DNA of 35,754 bases from Thermoplasmata archaeon (GTDB taxonomy: Archaea; Thermoplasmatota; Thermoplasmata; Lutacidiplasmatales; UBA184). The notes beneath the pieces are model-generated. The model was not told where the DNA came from and did no database searches. It saw only the letters and a program-made list of their open reading frames with translations. The translations under genes and the position numbers were made by a program. Shown here piece after piece: positions 1-7,679 of this stretch. The stretch's first letter is position 1; each line of letters starts with the position of its first letter. The stretch is taken from positions 5,655-41,408 of the forward strand of contig JAKIWH010000003.1 in assembly GCA_022750125.1 (NCBI GenBank). Reading direction: 5' to 3'.

Positions 1-1238
1 ATCGCGTTCTCCCGGACCCCAAAGTGGAGGTTCCGACCGCACTCCCCCTCGAAAGAGAAATCCCCGACCCCCTCGAGGTGGGTTTTCGTGGAGGGCGTGA
101 GGTCGGCGGAGCCCCCTAGGAACCCAGGAAGGCTCGCGGCGATCGCCTGCATCACTTTCGCCGATGCGTCCCGGGTCGCAAGCTCGGGGGAACCTGCCGG
201 GAACGTGGGAAGCGAGGCGTCCCATCGCTCGGGGAGCCGTCCGTCCAGGAGCCGCGCGAGTTCTTGAGCGGGCTCGGGGTACTCGGCCGCGTACCGAAGC
301 CAGAGCTCCCGCCAGCCTCCTTCGGCGGCCGTTCCCCGCTCTCGGCACCGGGCCCGATACGCCTCCGCCTCGGGAGGGATCAGGAACGGAGGTGCCACGG
401 GCCACCCTAGTTTCTCCTTCGTGGCCCGGGTCGCGTCTGGGCCGAGCGGCTCCCCGTGCGCGTCCTTCGTGTCCTGTTTCGGGCTGCCGTAGCCGATATG
501 AGTCCGGACCCGAATCAGCTGAGGACGGTCGGGGTGCTGCCGGGCGGTCCGCAGCGCCGCTTCGAGAGCCCCAAGGTCGTTGCCGTCCTCGACGTGCGAG
601 ACCCGCCAGCCGTACGCCTCGAACCTCTTCCCTACGTCTTCCGTGAACGACCATCGCGTCGGGCCCTCGAGCGAGACGTGGTTGTCGTCGTAGAGGTACA
701 CGAGCTTGCCCACCTTGAGCGTGCCCGCGAAGGAGGCGGCCTCCGAGCTGATCCCCTCCATGAGGTCCCCGTCGGAGCAGAGGCCGTACGTCCAGTGATC
801 GACGACCGGGTAACCCGCGCGATTGAAACGGCTCTCGAGATACCGCTCCGCGAGCGCCATCCCGATCCCCATCGCGAACCCCTGGCCGAGCGGGCCGGTC
901 GTAGCTTCCACCCCGGCGGTCAGGCCATGTTCGGGGTGACCGGGCGTCCGGCTCCCGAACTGACGGAATCGCTCGAGTTCGTCGAGCGGAAGGTCGTAGC
1001 CGGAGAGGTGGAGGAGGGAGTAGAGGAGCGCGGACCCGTGGCCCGCGGAGAGGACGAACCTGTCGCGGTTGGCCCACTGGGGATTCTGCGGGTTGAATCG
1101 GAGGAATCGGTCCCAGAGCACGTACGCCATCGGTGCTGCGCCGAGCGGAAGCCCCGGGTGGCCCGATTTCGCCTTCTCCACCATGTCGACAGAAAGGAAG
1201 CGGAGGGTGTCGACGACACGTTGGTCGGCGTCGCTCAC
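1..1238 (-). CDS. tkt: Transketolase, single-chain bacterial type (3' end outside window)
   Basis: Not in the ORF track because there is no stop in the window. Manual translation from GTG at 1238 gives [29 protein letters not shown]..., then AHGEPLG, and in the same frame [31 protein letters not shown]...[11 protein letters not shown], which covers the TPP-binding and pyrimidine-binding domains. Confidence 0.95.
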   Translation of the reverse strand, partial: MSDADQRVVDTLRFLSVDMVEKAKSGHPGLPLGAAPMAYVLWDRFLRFNPQNPQWANRDRFVLSAGHGSALLYSLLHLSGYDLPLDELERFRQFGSRTPGHPEHGLTAGVEATTGPLGQGFAMGIGMALAERYLESRFNRAGYPVVDHWTYGLCSDGDLMEGISSEAASFAGTLKVGKLVYLYDDNHVSLEGPTRWSFTEDVGKRFEAYGWRVSHVEDGNDLGALEAALRTARQHPDRPQLIRVRTHIGYGSPKQDTKDAHGEPLGPDATRATKEKLGWPVAPPFLIPPEAEAYRARCRERGTAAEGGWRELWLRYAAEYPEPAQELARLLDGRLPERWDASLPTFPAGSPELATRDASAKVMQAIAASLPGFLGGSADLTPSTKTHLEGVGDFSFEGECGRNLHFGVRENA

Positions 1239-1672
1239 GGTTCGCCCCGCACTGCGTCGCGGACGAGCGCGGCCCGATCTAAGACGCCGACGCCCGGACC
1301 GTGTAGGATTCGGAGGACGCAGAACCCCCGCGTCCACGCGCCACGATCCACCTTGAACGTGGACCCGCCGGCGCTAGCCTTCTCAGATCGAACGCGCTCC
1401 TTCGGTGGCTGAGGATGAAGGCGCCGGAGCGTCGCTGACATCATGAACCCGATCCGAGTCACACTGGCCACAGCCTCGGAACTTGAGATGAGACAGAGCC
1501 CGAACGGATAACGGTTCGGTGACTCAGGCGCCGAGCAGGCTTGCGGGGGCGCCGGCTGACGTTGCCACCAGTTCTGCCGGGATAACTTCGCCCCGAAGGA
1601 TTGCTACCGCGGCCCCCGGGACGGCTCGGAGAGACCCGTGCAGCGATGCGCGGTGTCCCGACAAGCGTACTT

Positions 1673-2215
1673 TCAGGGCGTGGTGCCGCCGGCCGATGCG
1701 GTAGGGGAGACGATCCGCCGAGAATCACCCGATCCCGACGCACCAGGGCTTTCCGCGATTCGGGGCAGGAAGAATTCCCAGCTGTCGAGGTGGCCTTGGC
1801 GCTGCTCCACCCCTTGGGGAGAGTCCGCGTAGGGACCCTGGCGAACGAACAACGTCGCACCCCTCGCCTCCCGCGGCTCGATCGTGACCTTGACGACGCA
1901 CACTAGGTTTGGCTCATGCTTCCACCGCCAGCTGAAGGCAATCTCCGTCGAGGGAACGAGAGAGAGATACTCGCCTTCGAGCTCCCATCCCCCCTCGGGC
2001 CACGAAAATCGGTACCTCCCACCTACGCGAAGATCGAGTTCTGCTACCGGGGGCCACCAGCGGGTTAGGAGCTCCGGCCGGGTCCAGCGGTCGAAGACGG
2101 CCACCGGCCGAATCCGTGGATAGTCCGCCCGAAGGAGAAGGAAGCTCGGCTCGGGCGACACCACCGCGAGCTTGAACGCGGGCGCTGGCGACGGACCTCG
2201 CTCCTTTGGCAACAT
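1673..2215 (-). CDS. SRPBCC/AHSA1-like (START fold) domain protein
   Basis: 3' half of ORF 1673..2746: VFDRWTRPELLTRWW, LDLRVGGRYRFSW, GEYLSLVP..IAFSWRW, GHLDSWEFFL. ATG at 2215 chosen because the upstream part of the ORF is antisense to the TfoX gene. Confidence 0.8.
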   Translation of the reverse strand: MLPKERGPSPAPAFKLAVVSPEPSFLLLRADYPRIRPVAVFDRWTRPELLTRWWPPVAELDLRVGGRYRFSWPEGGWELEGEYLSLVPSTEIAFSWRWKHEPNLVCVVKVTIEPREARGATLFVRQGPYADSPQGVEQRQGHLDSWEFFLPRIAESPGASGSGDSRRIVSPTASAGGTTP

Positions 2216-2329
2216 CACCCGGATCCGAGAGCTCTCCCCGAGAGTACTTCTCTCTCCCCCTAGAAGAACTCGTCGACCCGAACGGTCCGGGAAGATGAGT
2301 TGAAAAGCCCTCGCAAGGTGCCCTCTTCG

Positions 2330-2716
2330 ATGCCGGCGATGAAGATGCCTGGGGCCGATCCCGCAGCGATCGCGAAGTTCGAAGCGCTGCGGCCCAGGAG
2401 GCCCGATGTGATCGTCAAGAAGGTGTTCGGTCACCCGGCGGCCTTCGTGAGGGGCAACATGTTCATGGGAGTCTTCGGCGAGCAGGTGTTCGTCCGGCTC
2501 TCCGAGCCTGCGCTCGCAGAGCTTGGGAAACACCCAGGGGTCCGGTTCTTCGAACCGATGCCTGGGAGAGCGATGCGCGGGTACGCTGTCCTCCCCGCCA
2601 CCCTCCTCGCCAAACCGCGGGCGGCGGGAGCCTGGGTGCAGAAATCGTTCGAGTTCGCCTCGAGCCTGCCGCCCAAGGGCACTGGCCCCAAGAAGGCCAC
2701 GAAAAAAGTCGCCTGA
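2330..2716 (+). CDS. TfoX/Sxy N-terminal domain protein
   Basis: KKVFGHPAAFVRGNMFMGVFGEQVFVRL, FEPMPGRAMRGY, W..KSFEFASSLPPK and a Lys-rich tail. The start could be ATG 2330, 2339 or 2345. Confidence 0.85.
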   Translation: MPAMKMPGADPAAIAKFEALRPRRPDVIVKKVFGHPAAFVRGNMFMGVFGEQVFVRLSEPALAELGKHPGVRFFEPMPGRAMRGYAVLPATLLAKPRAAGAWVQKSFEFASSLPPKGTGPKKATKKVA

Positions 2717-2944
2717 ACGTCTTCGCTCAGAGGGGCTTTTCGGCATGGCTCCGACTACGACGCCAGTGCCAAACTACGGCGCCTACCGCGATAACCGCGA
2801 GTCCGACTGCCCCGACTCCCACTTCCGCGAGAGTTCCCCCGGTCAGCGAGGAACTCGTAGGGTGAGGGGTGCCCCCCGTCACCGTGAGCCGGACTTGAGC
2901 ACTCGCTCCGCGTCCGTTGTTGTCGTTCGGCTAGCCTCGCCCCG

Positions 2945-3121
2945 TTAACCTCGAGATGGAGATCGGCCGCTGGTACGGGTGGATAGCCTCCTGACGGTGG
3001 GCCGCTGGGCGGAGGCGAGGTTTACCTGCGCCCGTTTCAGTTCGACGAGCTCTTTCGAAGGACGGGCCGCGGTCCGGAGTCGGTTGCCTTCCTCGCCCGA
3101 GATCCCCCGGACCCGATGCAC
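2945..3121 (-). pseudogene. Probable remnant of an IS630-family transposase N-terminus
   Basis: VHRVRGISGEEGNRLRTAARPSKELVELKRAQVNLASAQ resembles, from memory, the IS630 N-terminal pattern 'VR.LT.EEG..L..I.R......RRA...LASA.G'. It degenerates and stops at 2945, and no DDE domain is visible. Confidence 0.45.
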
Positions 3122-3199
3122 GGTGCTGGGGTTGGGAGCCCACGCCGGCACCCGCCTTTGGAGTCGGAAAGAACCCACGCTTCCTTCCTAGACGAGCCA

Positions 3200-3895
3200 C
3201 TAGGTAGTGACCTCGACCCGGCCCGGCCCCCTATCGAGGCGATCCACTGCCGTTGGTCTCCATGCGCGCGCAACGACAAGCGCCCCGAGCGGGACCGCAA
3301 GCAGGTACACCCAGAGCCCAGTGTAGGTGCCGGAGAGCACCGCCGGCGCCAGCGTTCGAACAGGGTTCAGGGAGCTACCGGTTAACGGTCCGATGAGGAA
3401 GGTGGAGACCCCGACCACGAGGGGGGGAAGGCTCACTCTCCATCGGTGTCGCCCTTCACCTTCGTCCGAAAGGATGAACACCGACCCCACTAGGGCGGCG
3501 GTGAAACCGAGTTCTAACCCGAAGGCCAGCGCGACCCCACCGTCGGAAGGAACTGTGGCGCCGAGGCGATCCGTACGACCGAGAAGTCCGAGGACCGTCG
3601 CGCTGCCGAGAAAGGCTCCCGAGAGTTGGCCCGCGAGATAGGCAGGGGCCTCCCGCCAAGCGACCCGTCCGCTCGCGGCGAGAGCGAGCGTGACGGCGGG
3701 ATTTAGATGGGCACCGGAGACATGGATGAAGAGCAGTATCGGCAGCAGTACCGCGAGGAACCATGCCGCGGCCAACTCCCACTGCGGCAGACCCCCGGCT
3801 CGGGCTCCCCACACGATGGACCCGGTCCCGATTCCCACGAGGAGCGCGGTGCCCGCGGCCTCCGCCAAGCAGCGGCCGAGTAGACCCGCTCTCAC
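3200..3895 (-). CDS. MIP/aquaporin family channel (putative arsenite efflux, AqpS/AqpN-like)
   Basis: LAEAAGTALLV, SGAHLNPAVTL, GPLTGSSLNPVRTLAP and six hydrophobic helices. It overlaps the arsC stop by 4 bp. Confidence 0.92.
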   Translation of the reverse strand: MRAGLLGRCLAEAAGTALLVGIGTGSIVWGARAGGLPQWELAAAWFLAVLLPILLFIHVSGAHLNPAVTLALAASGRVAWREAPAYLAGQLSGAFLGSATVLGLLGRTDRLGATVPSDGGVALAFGLELGFTAALVGSVFILSDEGEGRHRWRVSLPPLVVGVSTFLIGPLTGSSLNPVRTLAPAVLSGTYTGLWVYLLAVPLGALVVARAWRPTAVDRLDRGPGRVEVTT

Positions 3896-4338
3896 TGGGT
3901 GCGGAGTTCGAGAGCCCTAAGTCGGCGATCCCTCAACACGAGCTCCGTTCTCAGTACCTGCATCCTGCTCCGAATCTCGTCCCGGACTCCACGCGCCCCG
4001 GCATCATCGAGTCGGGCCGGGTCAGGCAGCTCCCAGTCGCTCATTTTCAGGGCCTTGAGGTTCGCGGGGCAGCTCGCGTCGTCCAGGCAGCCCATCGAGA
4101 TCCGGACGGTAGCCGCTTCGATCATCTCCGGGGTGGCGAGTTGGGGCGCGTGGGCCGGTAGGGTCAGCCCGATTTCGGCCAGAAGCGTTCTGGTCCGAGG
4201 GTGCGGTTCCGTCGCCGGCCGAGTTCCCCCCGACGTCGCCCGCCAGCCGGGCGCTGGATGGGCGTTGAAGATTGCTTCCGCCATTAGGGATCGGCCCGCG
4301 TTCTCGACGCAAACGAACAGCACCGTCCGTTCGTTCAT
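3892..4338 (-). CDS. arsC: Arsenate reductase, LMW-PTP/thioredoxin-coupled type
   Basis: P-loop LFVCVENAGRSLMAEA, a resolving Cys pair MGCLDDASCP, and DWELPDP. Confidence 0.85.
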   Translation of the reverse strand: MNERTVLFVCVENAGRSLMAEAIFNAHPAPGWRATSGGTRPATEPHPRTRTLLAEIGLTLPAHAPQLATPEMIEAATVRISMGCLDDASCPANLKALKMSDWELPDPARLDDAGARGVRDEIRSRMQVLRTELVLRDRRLRALELRTQ

Positions 4339-4428
4339 GCGCGCGCCTCACTCCCTCGGGTCGCCGCTCCTGGGGAGTACGGTTCCGGAGTGCGGAGCCA
4401 TCCCCCCGGAGCTGGCAGGCATGCTACT

Positions 4429-4455
4429 CACTTCAAAGTCTGAAGTGCTCTTAAG
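4429..4455. promoter_or_regulatory. Inverted repeat CACTTCA-AAGTC-TGAAGTG (4429-4447) next to TATA-like CTTAAG (4450-4455); candidate HxlR operator
   Basis: Perfect, AT-enriched 7-bp arms in the divergent arsC/HxlR gap. The TATA-like element lies about 25 bp before ATG 4479. Confidence 0.6.
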
Positions 4456-4478
4456 CGACCGCTACGTACGGAGAAAGC

Positions 4479-4799
4479 ATGCCCCGGGGGCTATCGCTGG
4501 TCTGCCCCTGCCCTCCGGCCGGCCTGGTCGACGTGGTGGGCAAGAAATGGGCGGTCTGCGTAGTCACTCTCTTGGGGCATCACGGCGCCCTCAGGTTCGC
4601 GCCGATACAGAGGTCGCTCCCAGCCGTTAGCCCAGCCACACTCACCTCCACGCTCCGTTCGTTGGAGCGAGAGCACTTGGTCGCTCGAGTCCGAATCTCG
4701 ACCGACGGGCGCGCGACAGGGGCGTACGCGCTGACCGAGCGCGGGGAAGCCCTCTATCGGAGCCTTGTTCCCTTCGCCTCCTGGCTCAGGGCAGCCTAG
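4479..4799 (+). CDS. HxlR-family winged-helix transcriptional regulator
   Basis: CPCP..LVDVVGKKW, LRF..IQRSLPAVSPATLTSTLRSLE, YALTERGEAL. Confidence 0.88.
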   Translation: MPRGLSLVCPCPPAGLVDVVGKKWAVCVVTLLGHHGALRFAPIQRSLPAVSPATLTSTLRSLEREHLVARVRISTDGRATGAYALTERGEALYRSLVPFASWLRAA

Positions 4800-4956
4800 C
4801 ACCTCGCCCAGGTGGTCCGGGATGGGCGGACCAATTTCGCAACGCGAGTCGACTCCCGGCTTGGGGTCGTAGGAGCACGAAGACGCCCCGGACGCAAGAA
4901 AAGTTCGTACCCTTCGTACGCAGGGAGGATTACGCTCCCAGGCTCCCTGCCACCGG

Positions 4957-5652
4957 ATGGAACCTGAGAACGCTGGCATCGCGCTTTCCTTGCTTCTTCT
5001 CTGCGCCGTCCTGGGATTCCTATCTATCCGTGGGCTAGTTCGCGCTGCCAAGGTCCGCTCTCGCCACCAGCTCATGTTTGGCAGCGGACTCGGCCTTGGC
5101 ACGGCGGCCGTTGCCATTGAGGTTCTCGCGTACGTGGGGATTGTGAACACGCCGATGCTGCAAGCGTACGTGTTCTTCTCCGCGGCGATCGTGGGGATCC
5201 TGTCGCTGGGATCCGCCGCGTCGCTGAGGCCGGGGCGATTCGAGGACGTCTACTCCGCATTCATCCTCGCGGGCTGCGCGATCGTCGGTTTCGTGAGTTT
5301 CACTACTCCGGTACCTGTGTCGATCGTTCGGAGCGGAGTGATCTCAGGCAATCCGCCTCTCCTGCTGCTCCTCCTCTCTTCCCTCGTGACGGTGCCCGCG
5401 ACGGTGGTGTTGCTCACGGCCTCGGTGCTTCACCTCCGTCGCCACTTCCATGCCCGAGGGCTGATGATGGTCGCTGGGGCCTCCATCCTCGGCGCGGGCG
5501 GTGCCTTCTACATCGCCTCCTTCCCGGTGGCGCTCTACTATGCTGAATTTTTGGGAATCCTGATGCTTTTCCTTGGGCTCGTGGATCTCTCGCGGTTCTC
5601 GCTGCGTGCCTCTGCGCCCGCAACCACTGCCGCGCCCAGCGCCTCTCGGTAG
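4957..5652 (+). CDS. Integral membrane protein (about 7 TM), unknown function
   Basis: 231-aa ATG ORF of consecutive hydrophobic segments with short loops. Confidence 0.8.
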   Translation: MEPENAGIALSLLLLCAVLGFLSIRGLVRAAKVRSRHQLMFGSGLGLGTAAVAIEVLAYVGIVNTPMLQAYVFFSAAIVGILSLGSAASLRPGRFEDVYSAFILAGCAIVGFVSFTTPVPVSIVRSGVISGNPPLLLLLLSSLVTVPATVVLLTASVLHLRRHFHARGLMMVAGASILGAGGAFYIASFPVALYYAEFLGILMLFLGLVDLSRFSLRASAPATTAAPSASR

Positions 5653-5705
5653 CTTACCTGAATGTTGCGCCTGGGGAGGCGCGCGTAGCCCGTCGCCGGG
5701 CGGTG

Positions 5706-6119
5706 CTAGGCACTCGCTGATTCAGCGCTGCCCGTTGCCGGCGCTGAATCGGGGCGGAACACCATCGAGATCGAGTTTACGCAGTGGCGCGTGTTCTTGG
5801 GCGTCATTCGCTCGCCCTCGAAGACGTGGCCAAGATGGGCGCCGCAGCGGGCACATTGAATCTCGACCCGGTGCCCGTCGGCGTCCGCCAGACGCCGGAC
5901 AGCGCCTGGAAGCTCATCGTCAAAGCTGGGCCAGCCACAGCCAGAGTCGAACTTCGCTTCGGACCGGAAGAGCGGGGCATCGCACCGCTTGCACACGTAG
6001 AGACCTGGACGAAACTGGTGGTCGTACTCTCCCGAGAACGCCGGCTCGGTCCCCTTCCGAAGGATGACGGCCTCCTCGCTCCGAGAGAGCTTCCGCAACG
6101 GAACGGTGGGTTGCGCCAT
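5706..6119 (-). CDS. msrB: Peptide-methionine (R)-S-oxide reductase
   Basis: [43 protein letters not shown]. Confidence 0.96.
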   Translation of the reverse strand: MAQPTVPLRKLSRSEEAVILRKGTEPAFSGEYDHQFRPGLYVCKRCDAPLFRSEAKFDSGCGWPSFDDELPGAVRRLADADGHRVEIQCARCGAHLGHVFEGERMTPKNTRHCVNSISMVFRPDSAPATGSAESASA

Positions 6120-6170
6120 GCGAGTGGGAGGGGGGAGGGGAATATGAGAGTCCGGGCGAGCGCGGTTTGC

Positions 6171-6662
6171 TTACCAGCTCATCACCGGGCGCAGTCGCCG
6201 CCCGTTGGTCGGTGGCAAGACAAACTCGCGGCGAGGAACCTTGCCCTCCGTCGACAGGAGGACCGGCGACCGTGGACTCGGGGAGGGGCGGGACGAGGGG
6301 TGGATCATCCCCACCGCTCGAGGCCGGCGCTGCCGAATGAACCGGGGTTGCCCGCGGCGCGGCTCGTTCACGAGGCGCCGGAGCGAGACGCCAACGAGGT
6401 CCGGTTCCGCCTCGAGGCCAACCTCGGCCAGAGCCGTGGGCACCACGTCCACCAGGCTCGCGGTGCGACGGCCGATGGTCCCCTGCATGGGCTCGTCGGG
6501 GAAGTTCACAAAAAGCGGAACTTGAGCTCCGGGTTCTCGCGAGTTGGGGCGCTCGAGTTGGGAGGGGAGCTGCGAGAACGCGAGTTCCTCCCAGTTCGAT
6601 TCTAGTAGTCTACGCACGAGGTGGGCGTGGTCGTGTACTGGCCGCGGAGGTTCGGGCATCAC
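6171..6662 (-). pseudogene. Truncated sulfatase-like fragment (similarity only about 6366-6524)
   Basis: QVPLFVNFP...ASLVDVVPTALAEVGL...DLVGVSLRRLV matches the C-terminal part of the sulfatase core. The upstream SDHG and catalytic motifs were not seen. Confidence 0.5.
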
Positions 6663-6827
6663 TGGAACTCACGTGTGGACTCTTGGGTGCCTGACGCTTG
6701 GAAGCGGTCGGTGGGCGTACATAATGGGTGGGCGCGACGGGAAACTGGCGGAGGGCTCGCGTCGCGCTCCGAGTCCTGATTCGGCCCGTACGCACGGTTT
6801 ATCGGACCTTGGCTCGTCGTAAGGACC

Positions 6828-7661
6828 GTGGGGGACCCGGACGCCGCGCGCAAAGGAGCGGCCGCGGGTCCCGCGGGGCGTTCCGTCAGCGCCGTGATCC
6901 CCACCAAGAACGCGGGTCGTACACTCCTCGGCTGCCTAGCCTCCCTCGCGGAGCAGACTCATCCGATCAGCGAGATCATCGTCGTGGACAGCCTCTCCAC
7001 GGATGAGACGCCGAGGATCGCCTGCACGCGAGCCCGACTGATCAGTCGGCGCTGCGGTATGACGATGGGACGTCTCCTCGGCGCAGAGGCCTCGAAGGGC
7101 GACTACGTTCTGAGCCTCGACGCCGACCAGCTGCTCGACCCGCGCGCGGTCGAGCAGGCACTTGCCACGGGACGACCCGCCGTCGCGCTCGGCGAGCAGA
7201 GCACGGGTTCTGGAGTGGTTGCGTGGCTCAACGAGATCGACCGCCGCGGGATCGAGGGGAGCTGGCAAGCGAACCTCGACCCGCTGCGAGGCTCGATCCG
7301 CCCCCGGTTCTTTCGACGGGATCTCCTCCTCCGGGCGTTACGAGCGATTCCAGCAGAGCTCGTTGAGATCGAGCCCGCACCGTACTCGGAGGACAGCCTC
7401 ATCTACCTTCACACAGGCTTACAGCCTGAGGAGGTCGGCTACGTGCCTCGCGCCCTCCGGCATGTCGAAGCTCCGCTCCTCGCCTACTTGCGGAAGTGGC
7501 GGGGCTACGGGATCTCCGCGCAAGTCTATCGAGGGACTCAGTGGGAGGGCCTCGTCAATCGCCGCGGGAAACGAGGGGGGTCGCTCGGGATCCGCGCCGC
7601 CGCGATCCCCGCCCTGCTCCTCAAGGCCGTCCCGTTCGCGATAGGCTACAACTCTGGGTAA
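6828..7661 (+). CDS. Glycosyltransferase family 2
   Basis: VSAVIPTKNAGRTL..CLASL..QT, IIVVDSLSTDET, DxD motif LDADQ, and SED. TATA-like TTTAT lies about 25 bp upstream. Confidence 0.92.
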   Translation: MGDPDAARKGAAAGPAGRSVSAVIPTKNAGRTLLGCLASLAEQTHPISEIIVVDSLSTDETPRIACTRARLISRRCGMTMGRLLGAEASKGDYVLSLDADQLLDPRAVEQALATGRPAVALGEQSTGSGVVAWLNEIDRRGIEGSWQANLDPLRGSIRPRFFRRDLLLRALRAIPAELVEIEPAPYSEDSLIYLHTGLQPEEVGYVPRALRHVEAPLLAYLRKWRGYGISAQVYRGTQWEGLVNRRGKRGGSLGIRAAAIPALLLKAVPFAIGYNSG

Positions 7662-7679
7662 CCGGGGCGAACGACAGGC

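Noticed and set aside
280-320. Apparent frameshift in tkt
   Set aside because: Rechecking shows [13 protein letters not shown] reads in frame.
456-1412. 318-aa plus-strand ORF and many other long overlapping ORFs (e.g. 8040..9074, 16483..18336, 18395..19657, 19742..21355, 30197..31225, 31252..32601)
   Set aside because: They are antisense or alternate-frame shadows of well-supported genes, Arg/Pro/Gly-rich and expected at high GC.
1235-1672. 78-aa ORF whose stop overlaps the tkt start, plus small hairpins (e.g. CCGAAC-N8-GTTCGG near 1500-1519)
   Set aside because: No recognisable motif, the GTGA overlap can arise by chance and the stems are only 6 bp. The gap remains unexplained.
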